From Carcharhinus longimanus (lineage: Eukaryota): a stretch of 64,000 nucleotides of DNA. Made by a program: the position numbers and the translations under genes. The notes under the pieces are model-generated. The model was not told the DNA's origin and ran no database searches. It saw only the letters and a program-made list of their open reading frames with translations. The stretch covers positions 66,680,014 through 66,744,013 of the forward strand of contig JASCQW010000132.1 in the NCBI GenBank assembly GCA_030264375.1, written 5' to 3'. Below, piece by piece: positions 10,661 through 23,160 of the stretch. Every line of letters begins with the position of its first letter. Position 1 is the first letter of the stretch.

Positions 10661-11860
10661 CTGAGGTATGGCCAAAAATGAAGACATGTCAAAGCTTTTC
10701 GTCTTGCACTCATCAAAACTCTTAGCGTGAATGCCAGTATAAGGAGAAAACAATTTATACTGTGAGAACAGAGTGCTGAATGGTTGGCAAATGGACTCTT
10801 ATTAGAGGCACTGCCATGGAGAATGCACTAATTGATGATGACAAATAGTTGACTATCAAATATTGTTTGAAATTCAAATCAGGCAGTTTGACTCTGGTCA
10901 AGACATTGCCCTGAGGAATGAGTCAGCAAATGACTCAATTATTTTGTTTAGCTGAAAAAGGCATAGTGTGTATACGTGTTTTTTCCTGTCTGCAAAGGAC
11001 AGGGCCCTGTATACTAATACATGTAGCTTCCAGTACCTGTAAATATGCCACGCTGAGTCCAACTGACAATCCTAAATTGGTTGTTAGTCTAATTTTTAGC
11101 ACACTGAGGATTATTTAGCAAATGTTGTCCAATCATGGAATCCTATCTAATTATAAAATCCTACAATGCAAAAGGAGGTCATTCGGCCCATCAAGTCTGC
11201 ATTGATCACAATCCTACCCAGGTCCTATCCCCATAAGCCCTTAACCATACGCATTTATCCTTGCTAGTCNNNNNNNNNNNNNNNNNNNNNNNNNNNNNNN
11301 NNNNNNNNNNNNNNNNNNNNNNNNNNNNNNNNNNNNNNNNNNNNNNNNNNNNNNNNNNNNNNNNNNNNNNNNNNNNNNNNNNNNNNNNNNNNNNNNNNNN
11401 NNNNNNNNNNNNNNNNNNNNNNNNNNNNNNNNNNNNNNNNNNNNNNNNNNNNNNNNNNNNNNNNNNNNNNNNNNNNNNNNNNNNNNNNNNNNNNNNTAGC
11501 ATCGCCAATCCACTTAACCCTCATCTTTGGACTGTGGGTGGAAACTGGAGCAAGCCCACGCAGACATGGGGAGAATGTGCAAACTCAACACAGACTGTGA
11601 CCCAAGCCAGGAATCGAACCTGGGCCCCTGATGCTGTGAGGCAGCCATGCTAACCACTCTATCACCATGTCACCCTAAATGTTGGGCACTGTTTTCCCAC
11701 ACTGGCTGGTTGGGTAGGTCTGTACCTTGCCTATTGCAAACAGCAGCTGGGACATGCTGTTTGATGTGATCCACCGATCTTTGTGACTTATGACTCACAT
11801 AACTGATCCTGATGAGTGCAAGACAAAAAATTTTGACATGTCTCTTATCAGCAATACCCA
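10661..11860 (-). mobile_element. Penelope-like element 3' fragment (GIY-YIG C-terminus) with inverted hammerhead-bearing terminal repeats
   Basis: Minus-strand peptides SQRSVDHIKQHVPAAVCNRQGTD and DSMIGQHLLNNPQCAKN.TNNQFRIVS...LEATCISIQGPVLCRQ. 10665-10720 is an inverted copy of 11804-11858. Interrupted by a V-SINE. Confidence 0.8.
11152..11673 (-). mobile_element. V-SINE (CR1-like tail) inserted in the PLE; contains a gap
   Basis: Tail aaatcctacaatgcaaaaggaggtcattcggccc; V-core and tRNA head at 11500-11673. Confidence 0.85.
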
Positions 11861-14419
11861 AATTCTGTATTACCAAACAACAATTTTCAGTTCATTGTTT
11901 TATGGATTTGTCCCTACAGAGTTGGATATGTTTCCTATTTTCTTGAATGCTGTGTAATTTTCCTTTAAAGATAAATGGATTCTTAGGAAAGACTTTAAAA
12001 TCTTCAGTGTATTGAGTGCTAAAGTTGTTTAAAGAGTGCATTTTAATGCTGGAGCCTGGGTTGTTGATCACCTCTCTGGTACTTGTAAGGATATTGATTG
12101 AATTATGTAGGATATTTTGCATCAGTCTCTCAGCAGGCACCATCCATTGTACAAACTGCCAATAATTCAATATCAATTGGCAGTTTCAGCAGGAGATTAC
12201 TGCCTGAGGTTGGAGGACCTTTTCTTCAAACTATAGAATTTTCTCATGAAATGCATATTTTACATATTTAAAACTCTAGTCTACGACAGTTATTTAGAGA
12301 CTTTTTTTTGTTCATCTGGTGCAATTGTTTTCTGTAATCAAAAATTATAAACTAAGTACATTTTCCCATGAATTGATGGATTTTATTTTACTCCCCAAGT
12401 AGTGTTTTTTCCCCCCTTTTAGTAATTTCAGTGGAATATAAAGTAATGGGAAGTAGAAACTTTGGCATAAAAATGTTCATATATGTCTTGTGCATTATAG
12501 AAGAATTGGCATTTGATTTAGATGTAAATCTATAACTGTTCAGTGGTAAATCAGTGTGGGAAGGAGAGATCTTTTTTAGCTACATCTCTTTGAAGTACAG
12601 CACATTTTCCAAACATGATTTTCCTGTTATTGTTCTATCTATAAAGTATTCAAATCATTTACGTTTGCCATTTTTTTGTTCGAAATCATAGTGCATGTTT
12701 AATGTTGTAAAACATCCCAAGGTAACTTACAGGAGGGAATGAACACTAAGCAGGAGTTGAGAGAAAAGTTTTGGAGATAACTAAAGGTGTCATCAAACAA
12801 GAGGTATTGATGTCTTTTGCAAATGAGGAGAGGGTGAGTCAGAGTCTCCAACAATACTACTATAAAGAGGAGCTGAGGAAGATAATTCAACACAATTCCA
12901 AATGAACTAATGGTGGAATTACAATGTGTATCAGTGAAAGACTATGACACTTTGATGAAAAAGCTGTTCAAATGATACAAAGACAACAGATTAAGATGTC
13001 CTATTGGTAACTTAATCTAGAATGCACTAAAACACAGGAGAGGATGGTTCTATTTTAACATAGATCCTGGTGGTGAAAGTCAATGTTTATAAATTGCTTA
13101 AATATGCCATAATTGTCTTCTGTTCAAAATGTCACTGGCCGCCAACAATGTCATACGGCAACAATAGAAGGTTGTGTTTTCCCAGACACAAACTAACATT
13201 CTCACTCCTAGTGCCATTTTTCTACTCCATTACCAGCGCCAGTTGGAACACTTTTGAACAATAATGACTGTTTGTGCTGAATATTAAACAGTTGTGCTGA
13301 TATTAAATGGAACACAAGTTCACAGCACAATTGTTATCTAAAATTTGTTGTCAGATGATATTTACCAATAATAAATATGGAAGGAAATTAGGTATTTTTG
13401 TAATCCTGGAGTTGATGACACACTGATTAAACGTGGGAGTATATCAAATTATCAAAAATGATCAGAACTTTTAACTTGCATTATGATTTGAATGTGAACA
13501 ATAATCATAGTTGTAGAAGAATGCATTTAGCAAAGTTCTAAATCTTTTCACTTTTAAAAAATCAGTTTTACAACCTGGAGCAACTTGTTTTAAAATTCAG
13601 TGTGTGATATATAATTTTTCTTTACTGCAACTGTATACAAACATTGAAGTGAGAGTGATGTATAGAAGAGTGATGTATAGAAGAGAGTACTTTCAGTATA
13701 AGAAAAAGAACACGCCCACAAGATAGGAGTTAGTCACATGACTAAGGAAGTATGTTATATTGAAAATATGTTTTCTAAACTTCCAAAGATTTTTTAAAGT
13801 TAGGGCCTTCAAGCAGCCGCAGTATGACTTTGAGGCATTCAGAACGTACAGATACAGTGCCAGAGATAATTGACTAAATTATACTTGTGAATTTTATTAG
13901 TCAGAAACAAATTATACATAACAGATCTGTGAAACAAGTGCCTAGAAATTAAATCTTGATAACCCAATTTTTCAAACATGGGATAAATGATTTGGTGTCT
14001 AAAATGGCACATGTGCCCATCTCTGGACTGAGGTGTACTACCTGCCATATTGAATCAGGTGTCCCACACACATCCAGGGCATGTGCCAAATGTAAAAACA
14101 TAATTAAAAAGGAATCTATGTTGGCTGGAGAAAGGTTTGGTGAATTTAGTGTCCCAGCACCTTACTCAGAATATACCAGAAGATTAATTAAGCTAAGCTT
14201 CGTGAGTCCTGAGGACAGATAATGTGAGCACAGAGTAATTGAGCTTTGAGAATTCTTGCCTTGACAATACAGTTGAACTCAGTGAACATCGTGTAGATTG
14301 GAGTCAAGTACCAGAAATGAAACTCTGGGGATATACCTCATGAGCCACCTTCTACTAATTGTGTTTTCCATCTCCCAGAGGAACCTGATGTCTCCTTTGT
14401 GACAAGAGTCTCCAAAACT

Positions 14420-14605
14420 TAAGAACATNNNNNNNNNNNNNNNNNNNNNNNNNNNNNNNNNNNNNNNNNNNNNNNNNNNNNNNNNNNNNNNNNNNNNNNN
14501 NNNNNNNNNNNNNNNNNNNNNNNNNNNNTCGCTCCCTCGTCGGCTCCAACACACACTGTTCCAGGAAACTATCCCGGCAGCATTCCAAGAACTCCTCCTC
14601 GAGCC
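14420..14605 (-). mobile_element. CR1 LINE spanning a gap
   Basis: aagaacat tail before the gap; EEEFLECCRDSFLEQCVLEPTRE (CR1 endonuclease region) after it. Confidence 0.75.
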
Positions 14606-15059
14606 AAAATTTGGAGCACATCTATAACCCTTTCTGATATGTTCCCTCTTTGCAGCCAAAATGCATCTCCACTTTGAGAGGTGCAGGCTACTCCTAAGCA
14701 GTATCAGTCATTCCTGATCTTCCTCCTTACCCTCCCCAAAGAGGCACACAGCCAATAAGGTGCACAGGTAGTTCTGGTTGCACTACTAATTCATAATAAA
14801 CTCGTCTCCACAACCTCGTGAAAATGTATTTTTAAGTGTATGCCTTCCTACCCACTCCTGACCCCAGAAGTATATTAGCCTTGGTTAATTCTATTAAGCA
14901 TACACCCAGGGAGTTAGATGCCCATTGTTTATATTTTTAATCCCTCGAGGTCTTGTTTGGTACGTGTTACATAACCATACCAAAAATAATTGCATTAACA
15001 AATACCTAATCTATAGCTCAGTTAGTGAGCTAACTACATAGTAATGAGAGGATGCTCCA

Positions 15060-15430
15060 ACAGTCAATGAGAATGAGTCTGATCTCATTCCACAAACCTG
15101 CCTTTATCCCATATCCAATCATACTTACGGTTAGCAAAAATCTGGCAGTCTCCAATTTTAAATTAATGATTGATCTAGCATCAATTGCCATTTATGAAGG
15201 AGAGTTCCAAATTGTTTCTATTCTTTGTGTGCAGAAACATTTCTGCATGTCACTGCTACAAGGTTGGACTTTAATTTTGGATGATATGCCCCTCGTCCTC
15301 GACTTCTCAACGAACTAAAATAGGTTCTTGTGGCCCCATCAATTCCCTTAATGAAATGAAACCATCATCTTCCAAATTCCAGATATTAAACCATTAGTTT
15401 GTGTAATATTTTGTAATTGAATCCCAAATG
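15060..15430 (-). mobile_element. Old CR1 3' fragment
   Basis: cctgcctttatcccatatcc...gagagttccaaattgtttctattctttgtgtgcagaaac pattern of the reverse CR1 3' end. Confidence 0.6.
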
Positions 15431-16831
15431 CCTAATTAACCCAAAACATGTTTTCTGCTTCTTATTTAGTAAGAGGGCTTCCTAATAAAACAAACTAACA
15501 TACATGTTGTGGTAGTTGACCTAACAATTTAAGTACAATTGATTTTCCTTGTTTCCATGTAGTTGTTCTTCCTGTTATGTATTGTTATTTAATCTGGTGA
15601 ATTTACTGACAATAAATTTAACCTTTTAATTGTGTATTTTTGTATATTTGCCTTAATCTAAACCAGCCAATTAGATTACATAGACACAATTCCAATTAAG
15701 GATCCTGGCAGACTGTCAATTAACTCATTAGCTCATTAAGAAGCCAATTAAATTGGCCATTGTTGGAGGGGTCAGTTTCAGTTCAGTAGCTCATTGGATT
15801 CGATCATAGACAGATTTGTGTAACACAGTATTATGCTTGTGCAATTTCTCCAATTTATAGTGCTAAAACTTTTCCTCATTTGACTTGTTCCAACATGCAT
15901 AGTTTAAANNNNNNNNNNNNNNNNNNNNNNNNNNNNNNNNNNNNNNNNNNNNNNNNNNNNNNNNNNNNNNNNNNNNNNNNNNNNNNNNNNNNNNNNNNNN
16001 NNNNNNNNNNNNNNNNNNNNNNNNNNNNNNNNNNNNNNNNNNNNNNNNNNNNNNNNNNNNNNNNNNNNNNNNNNNNNNNNNNNNNNNNNNNNNNNNNNNN
16101 NNNNNNNNNNNNNNNNNNNNNNNNNNNNNNNNNNNNNNNNNNNNNNNNNNNNNNNNNNNNNNNNNNNNNNNNNNNNNNNNNNNNCAACCCCCACCACTCA
16201 AAGATCTCCACACCTCCCCCCCCCCCGCCAAACCCCACCAGCATGAGGGCACCTCGCTCACTGTCTCTCTGATAAGTTATAACTTTGTCTTTTGTTGACT
16301 GGTTGATATACGAATGTATACATTTGGGCTTGAAATGCAACCAGTCTGATTGACAACAATCTGGCTCCTGCAGTCACGTGACTATGCCAGGAGGCTGTCT
16401 TTGGAGGCAGACATCTTAGTGCAGATGAATGAAGTCTTTCACTGAGATAGTGTCCTTATGCAGGAAACATAATACATCATAATCCATCAACTACTTCATT
16501 GTACAATGATGGAGTTAAGCTTCATTTAATTAAATGATCTGAGAATTGAATTCCTTTGCTTCCATTATAGAAGTTGTTCCAATATTCCACCAGTGGCATT
16601 TCTATTCTCTCTCAAAACAGTGTAGAATTTTGACAGGAGACATCAGGCTGAGGAATGGTATTTGGATCTTTGGAGTACATCATGTGAGTTCTGTTGACTG
16701 TAACTTTGCTCAAGTCTTAAAATTCAACATACTGTTCATCTCCTATGGTTTGAGCTTATAATCTAACCGATACCCCAAAACAGTGTGAAGCACTTTTATT
16801 GTAGGTACTTTTGTTGGATAAGAAACTAATC

Positions 16832-16965
16832 TCAATTTTCAGGTTCGGATGTAGAAATATCCCATGGTACTCAGCAGAGAAGCACTGGAAGTTCAGTAAT
16901 TCCTCTAACAACATCCCAATGTACAAAACAGCAATTTAGCTCCTCATTAAATTTCCTGTCATATA
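16832..16965 (+). mobile_element. Degenerate Deu-domain SINE (SacSINE1/AmnSINE1-like) remnant
   Basis: caggttcggatgtagaaatatcccatggtactc...gagaagcactggaagttc resembles the Deu core caggtggacgtaaaagatcccatggcacta...gaagagcaggggagttc, recalled from memory. Confidence 0.4.
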
Positions 16966-19494
16966 CATTTTGCAACTATTCTATGAAATGTGAGAACTGT
17001 GAGCTACAGCCTCTGACCTCTGTACCCAGTTGCCCTATCCTCCCATTAAATGAGTGTCCAGGGCAGTTGCAATATTTCATATATTACACCCCGATGTCCA
17101 AAACTAAAGATCAAAAGACAAGTGCCTTAGAATGAAATTTAAGGGTATAAGATGACACAGAACTGAATTAGCGCCTATTTGTTTTCAGAGAAAATCATTA
17201 AAATTGCTCACAGATCAGACAAAAACCTGAATTTTTTAATGAACTTTTCTCCTGTAGGTATTTCTCCTGTGGATTCATTCACAAAAAAAGGAAGGTTTAA
17301 CTAATCATTGACATGAAAGTTCTGACAGTTTAGTTTCAACTACTTCTATACTAGTTTTGAATGACATGAGCAAAGACTGAAATTTCAACATTAATTAAAA
17401 ATAATTGATATTGATATCATACATATGAAAAAGATATATTTTAGGATATATATCTTCGATGCTGTGTAATGCTGCTTTCTTTATGCATTTCTGTTTTTGC
17501 TGTCTCCTATCAGCAGAAAAAAAAGTAGCACTAAAATTTTATCCTTGGGTGTGAGAAAAAGGCAAAGCCCAGAAGGCAGTTAACCACATTGTTTGGCTCT
17601 GTTAAAGTAAAAACCATACGGTCCTGCTGGAGGGGTTCAGAAACCCTGGGATTTTAAAAAACTAATAAGATTACTAAACAGGGGAAATTAACTTAGAATA
17701 AGGGNNNNNNNNNNNNNNNNNNNNNNNNNNNNNNNNNNNNNNNNNNNNNNNNNNNNNNNNNNNNNNNNNNNNNNNNNNNNNNNNNNNNNNNNNNNNNNNN
17801 NNNNGACACCCGGCCGCGAACGTAGCCGCGGTAGAGGGGCAGGCAGTCGGGACGGACGGCCCCGTCGATCGCCCGCTGCCTTCCTTATCTCCTTTTGAAG
17901 TAGTATTTGATTCTTGATTTATGATGAGCTATTTTGTATTAGCTAATTAAACCAAGTTAAACTGAGGAATAAAGGGGCAATACAACATTAACCAAATCAC
18001 AAAAGAAACTTAAAACCAAAATGTGATTAAGGGGATCAATAACGCATCCCAGTCTTCACAGTATCCACAGGGCATGGAAAGCCTCAAGCTGTTCCATAAT
18101 AATTGCTTGCCTATAGCACACCCGTGTTGGGTGTTACTGTTCTTTCATTGCTCCTCATTCACACCCACAACACATTTCCCACTTTGTATTAAAAAAAAGA
18201 ATGTTCTTCAGGGTTTTTTCCATGTATTTCAAAAATATTTGATTACTAATTGAAAGCAGGCTTTTTAACAATACATTTTTTCAGTATTTGGAAATTATTC
18301 AACAACATAAAAGCACATGTTAGAACTTTCACTTTTTGCTTATACAGTGGAGTACCACAAGTATTCTTAAAACTGTCAATACTTTGAAATAACACACATT
18401 CAACACAGACATGCCCATTGCAAGATTGTGTGACCACCACACTTTTGTTTATTCATTTTTTAATATTCTGCTTTGCACAAGGCCAGAAAAAGTTGTAAAG
18501 ACATTTAAGAAACTCACTCACTTGTTAGTCTGTGTACAGGTTTTTTTGTCACAGATCATGTGATCTGTGACAAAATCAGATAACTTTAGTTGTGGTCAGT
18601 ACACCTGGAGTGCATGGACACCTATGTGACTTCCATCACTAGTTTTCCGTATAAATGTGTGGCATTCTTCTTTTCGTTTTAACGATTAGAATATTCCCCT
18701 TTTCTGTCTCACTGATTACAGCAGAAGAAATGTGGGAAGTAATTTTCATATTTATTCTTTTAGATGATAATTGCTTCTTCCTCTTCATCCTTACATCTTT
18801 CTGGATGCACTTGTGTCAGCTTGGTCAGAAAAACGAAGACAGAATTGTGCAGCTTATTCTGCAGAGTGCTATTATTTCTACACTCATATCCTTGGATAGT
18901 GCAAATTTTTTTTTAAATGTTGCCAGTGAAGTTAGTCAAACATCTACAAAGTTACAGATACTGTTTAAGTGGAAGTTCAAGCCATCAGGAGCTTTTTAAC
19001 ATGCTAAATCTTATTTCAGAATACTTTAGCCCAGATGTAATGTCACGGATGTGTCTGTTACTTCCAGAAGAGAGACAGCCTATGTTAGAATGTAACCAGT
19101 GACAACTTTGTATTAATGTAATGTGACCAATGGGAACAAGATGCAAGGGTCAGCTGATCCAGGAAACCATAGAACCAATTAGAGTGATGTAATAGTCAGC
19201 TGACTCATTATAAATAAGGAACTGTGGGGAGCTTGGAGTGGCCCAGGACGAGGCCCCAAGTTTGGAGTAATGATGTTCCTTTACTAAACCCTTTGATTTA
19301 TAAGTTGGAATAAGTTTTGTTGCATTTTGGCAAGTTCCTCTTGAAGAAACCATCTATGCTTGCTCAGAGACTTTCCAAATGTGGGACTTTTTAGTCCATT
19401 GTTTAGTCTCAGTTTTTCATTTTCAAGTTTGTTGATGACTCCATTGTTTGAGGTCCCACACCCCCAATGACAAGACAGAAAACCTGGTGAATTG

Positions 19495-20190
19495 TTGTCA
19501 ATGTCAACAAAATGAAGGAAATTGTCATTGACTTCAGGAAATTGAAAGGAGAACATGGGAATGAAGTAGAAATGATCGAGAGCTTCAAGCTTTTAGGTGT
19601 CCAGATCACCAGCGACCTGTCCTGGTTCCCACCCCATGCTGACACTGTAGTTAAGAAAGCCCACCAATGCCTCTACTTTCTTAGAAGACTGGGGAAATTT
19701 GGTATGTCAGCTACGACTCTCCAACTTTTACAGATGCACCATAAAAAGCATTCTTCCTGGTTGTATCCCAGCTTGGTATGTCTCTTGCTCTGCTTAGGAC
19801 TGCAAGAAACTGCAAAATGTGGACGCCCAATCCATCTCACAACCAGACTCCCATCCAATGACTGTCTACGCTTCCCACTGCCTCGGCATAATTAAGGGCC
19901 CCATGCACCCTGGACGTTCTCTCTTCCATCTTCCTCAGTTGGGAAAATGATACAAAAATCTGAGGTCACATACCAACCAAATCAAGGACAGCTTCTTCCC
20001 TATTGCCATCAGACTTTTGAATGGACCTACCTTGCATTAACTTGATCTTTCTCTACACCCTAGCTATGACTGTAGCACTACATTCTGCACATTCGTTTCC
20101 TTCTCTGTGAATGGTATGTTTTGTCTGTGTAATGCGCAAGAAACAATACTTTTCACACTTAATACATGTGATAATAGTAAATCAAATCAG
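19495..20190 (+). mobile_element. Rex1/Babar LINE 3' portion
   Basis: KEIVIDFRK..VEMIESFKLLGVQITSDLSW..VVKKAHQCLYFLRRLGKFGMS; tail aatagtaaatcaaatc. Confidence 0.88.
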
Positions 20191-22579
20191 CTATCCATTA
20201 GGTTGCTTAATTACTTTCTAGAAAAAAATTATTAAAATGTTCCAATTCTCAGAAATACAGCTTCTCCTTCAACAATATTTGGTAAAGCATTTTTCTTCTC
20301 AAGGGAAAAGGATTTCATTTAAATAACCGATTCCTAGTAGCTGGTTATATTATGTCTAATTGCACAATCTAACTTAACCAGTGGTACTAACTCAACCCTA
20401 AAATTATATAGGGTTGTATTGTTGTTAGTCATTTGAGAATCAATTTATCTTTGAATTGAGATGTTACTAGGCACTGGGGATTGTGATATGTGGGATGGAG
20501 TTCACTCAGTTCAACAACTCAAAGTTCTTCAAATATAAAATAATTAGCACTTACTTATGTAAAGGTCTTCAGGAAAAGGCCTCAGCAAAACAGAAAGGAA
20601 ATAAACATCTAGTTCTTCTTTGAGCCTAACTTTACACACAATATATCACTACTTAAATCTGGGTGGTTAATCCATATCTCAGGAATACTGCAACGCAGCA
20701 CATAACAGTCCTTCAGGAAGGTGAAGCAAGGTCAAAATACAGACAAAAGGAGATTATCAGAGTACGTTTTCATGTAGGCAAAAACAAATTAAAACTGTTT
20801 ATGTACCCAGCAAATTCTTCACTCTACCAAACCATCCTTAAAGCTGCTTTCTCTGTTTATATCGTCTAGCAAGGTACACAGCTGATGCTCATTGTACTGA
20901 TTTCTCTTAGGGATTTTCCATTAGTCTGACATGTGACTGCTGGCTTGACTTCCTGTGGCTACCCTGGGGGTGGAGGGAGGGGGGACTGTTCAGAAACTGA
21001 AAATTATTATGAGAAAACTTCCACCCTTCTAGCATACAGACCCTAGTGGCACCACAATTTCATTTTCATCAGATTAAGATGTAATAATTTCAAAATGTAA
21101 AGCTGTTCAAAATTAACCAGCATGCAATGTAGTGCTGTAAGCAATATGAGAGAACAACCAGCAGATAATATCTCGGTGATGGACATATGTTAGTGGTCAG
21201 TGTTCACTTTGTTAGAGGTATTGTAAGCTTATCGTTGAAGCATAGCTACTGTTTCTAAAGGAGGTATATACAGAATTTTGCTTTTGTAATTTTTGTTTTT
21301 ATTTCAGATTTCCTGCATTCATATTATTTAGCTTTTGTATGTATGTTGTAGAACTGTTGACTGGATGTTATTAAGATGACAGAGAGCACCTGGCCATATG
21401 ATCTTTCACACATCCCACATCACTTTCCAATTTAGTGGTTAATCAGTTAGAATTTCTTATTGAGAGAACTATTTTATATCTGGGTGGTCTGGCCTATACA
21501 GGTTTAAAAGTCAAATTCTCACATAAGGACATCAACGTTTTAGATTAGGCAATTTAATCCATAGGGATTCCTTCCAACTAGATATTTTAGTTTTCATCAT
21601 TGTATCTATAATATAAATTGCTGTGTAAAACTTTCAATTTCACTGTCTTACTAACATTTTTCGGTGTCAGTACTAATCTATATTCATTCATATGCAAATA
21701 TGCTCCATATATTCATATCTGCCACTAACTTTGTTCTTTGGTGTATTGCCACAACTGGAGCATATTTAGGGGCAGTCTGACCCTCATCAAAATCAGTTCT
21801 GATTTTTCTGTGAGAAGTTAGTGATGCACCAGTAAATCAATTTTTACGCTTAATATTGAACGATTTTCAACAAAATTGTACACTCTAAAGTATTAATGGG
21901 TCATTATGGCAGATACACTTTTCCATTAAATTGCATCTACGGGAGCTGAATGTTTCAAAGCTACGCATTCTGGAAATTACATTAATGGCTTGTCAATTAT
22001 AACGAAAACACGTATTTTGATACAAGAAATACCAGATCTTAAGTAACCATTTTCAGATGAACAAAAACCTAAATGACCTGAACTAGTGCAAGATTAATAC
22101 CAAAGAGACATCATTATACAAGAGGAACTGAATAAAGCAGACCTCTTTCTACCAGTGCAACAAACTGTAATCATTAAATGCACATCAATTTGGAAAAGAA
22201 CTTGCAACCCCAGGTAGCTGCTACAATAATAAATGGAAGTAAACTATCTCAGGAGGGATACAAACCAAAAGGTTATATTTGACCTAGGAACCAAAAAGAA
22301 GTTGGCTCTTATCTGCTACATGTGACCAAATTGTGCACTTGTAGAGAATGGATTTTGCTACACAAAGGCCACACACGAAATCTTCCCCAGTGGTAACAGG
22401 TGAACTGCACAGCACCATATGAGAAGGAACCATAATAATATTTAAATCCTAATTTAGTTAATGCTTTTTCTTTCTAGATATTATTTCTACTAAAATTAAC
22501 AAATTGAAATACTGTACCTGAACAAGCATCTCCAGATCGTTCTTTATTCTGTCATGGTTTGTTAGCATTATCAGCAATG

Positions 22580-23160
22580 ACAGCATTTATTGCCCATTCC
22601 TAATTGCCCTTGAGAAGGCAGTGGTGAGCTATCTTCTTGAAGCACTGCAGTCTATGTGATGTGGAAAGGAATTCCAGGATTCTGACCAAGCAGCAGTGAA
22701 GGAACAGGAATACATTTCCAAGTCAGGATAGTCTGAAGGGAACCTACTGTAGTGATGATTCCATTCACCTGCTGTCTGTGTTCTTCTATGTTGTAGAGGT
22801 TGCAGGTTTGGAAAGGGCTGTGAAACCTGCACATCTCTGGACTGTGAGAGGAAACTGGAGCACCTGGAGAAAACCCATGTAGTGTCACAAACATGGAAGA
22901 AAATGTAATAGATCAAGTTCTCAAATTTCAAATTGACTAATTAAATAATTCCTTCCTGTCTCTGAATTGCATAGCAAGATGATGCTCACCCACTTCACAT
23001 GATCTCAAGTCAAATTTTAACAGGCAAGTGGGGCAGTGCTAGGGACCTGAGTTCAATTCTGGCCTTCGGTGACTGTGTGGAGTTTGCACATTTTCTCTGT
23101 CTGCGGGGATTTCCTCTGGGTGCTCCAGTTTCCTCCCACAGTCCACAGATGTGTGGATTT
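22580..23160. mobile_element. LINE 3' tail (minus) plus V-SINE fragments
   Basis: 22580-22820 is the reverse of the 5050-5280 tail. V-core pieces at 22825-22895 (-) and 23028-23160 (+). Confidence 0.75.

Noticed and set aside
11892-12176. Minus-strand ORF containing KNPF, as a possible G-protein gamma exon
   Set aside because: It lacks the DPL..GIP context and a CAAX end; chance match.
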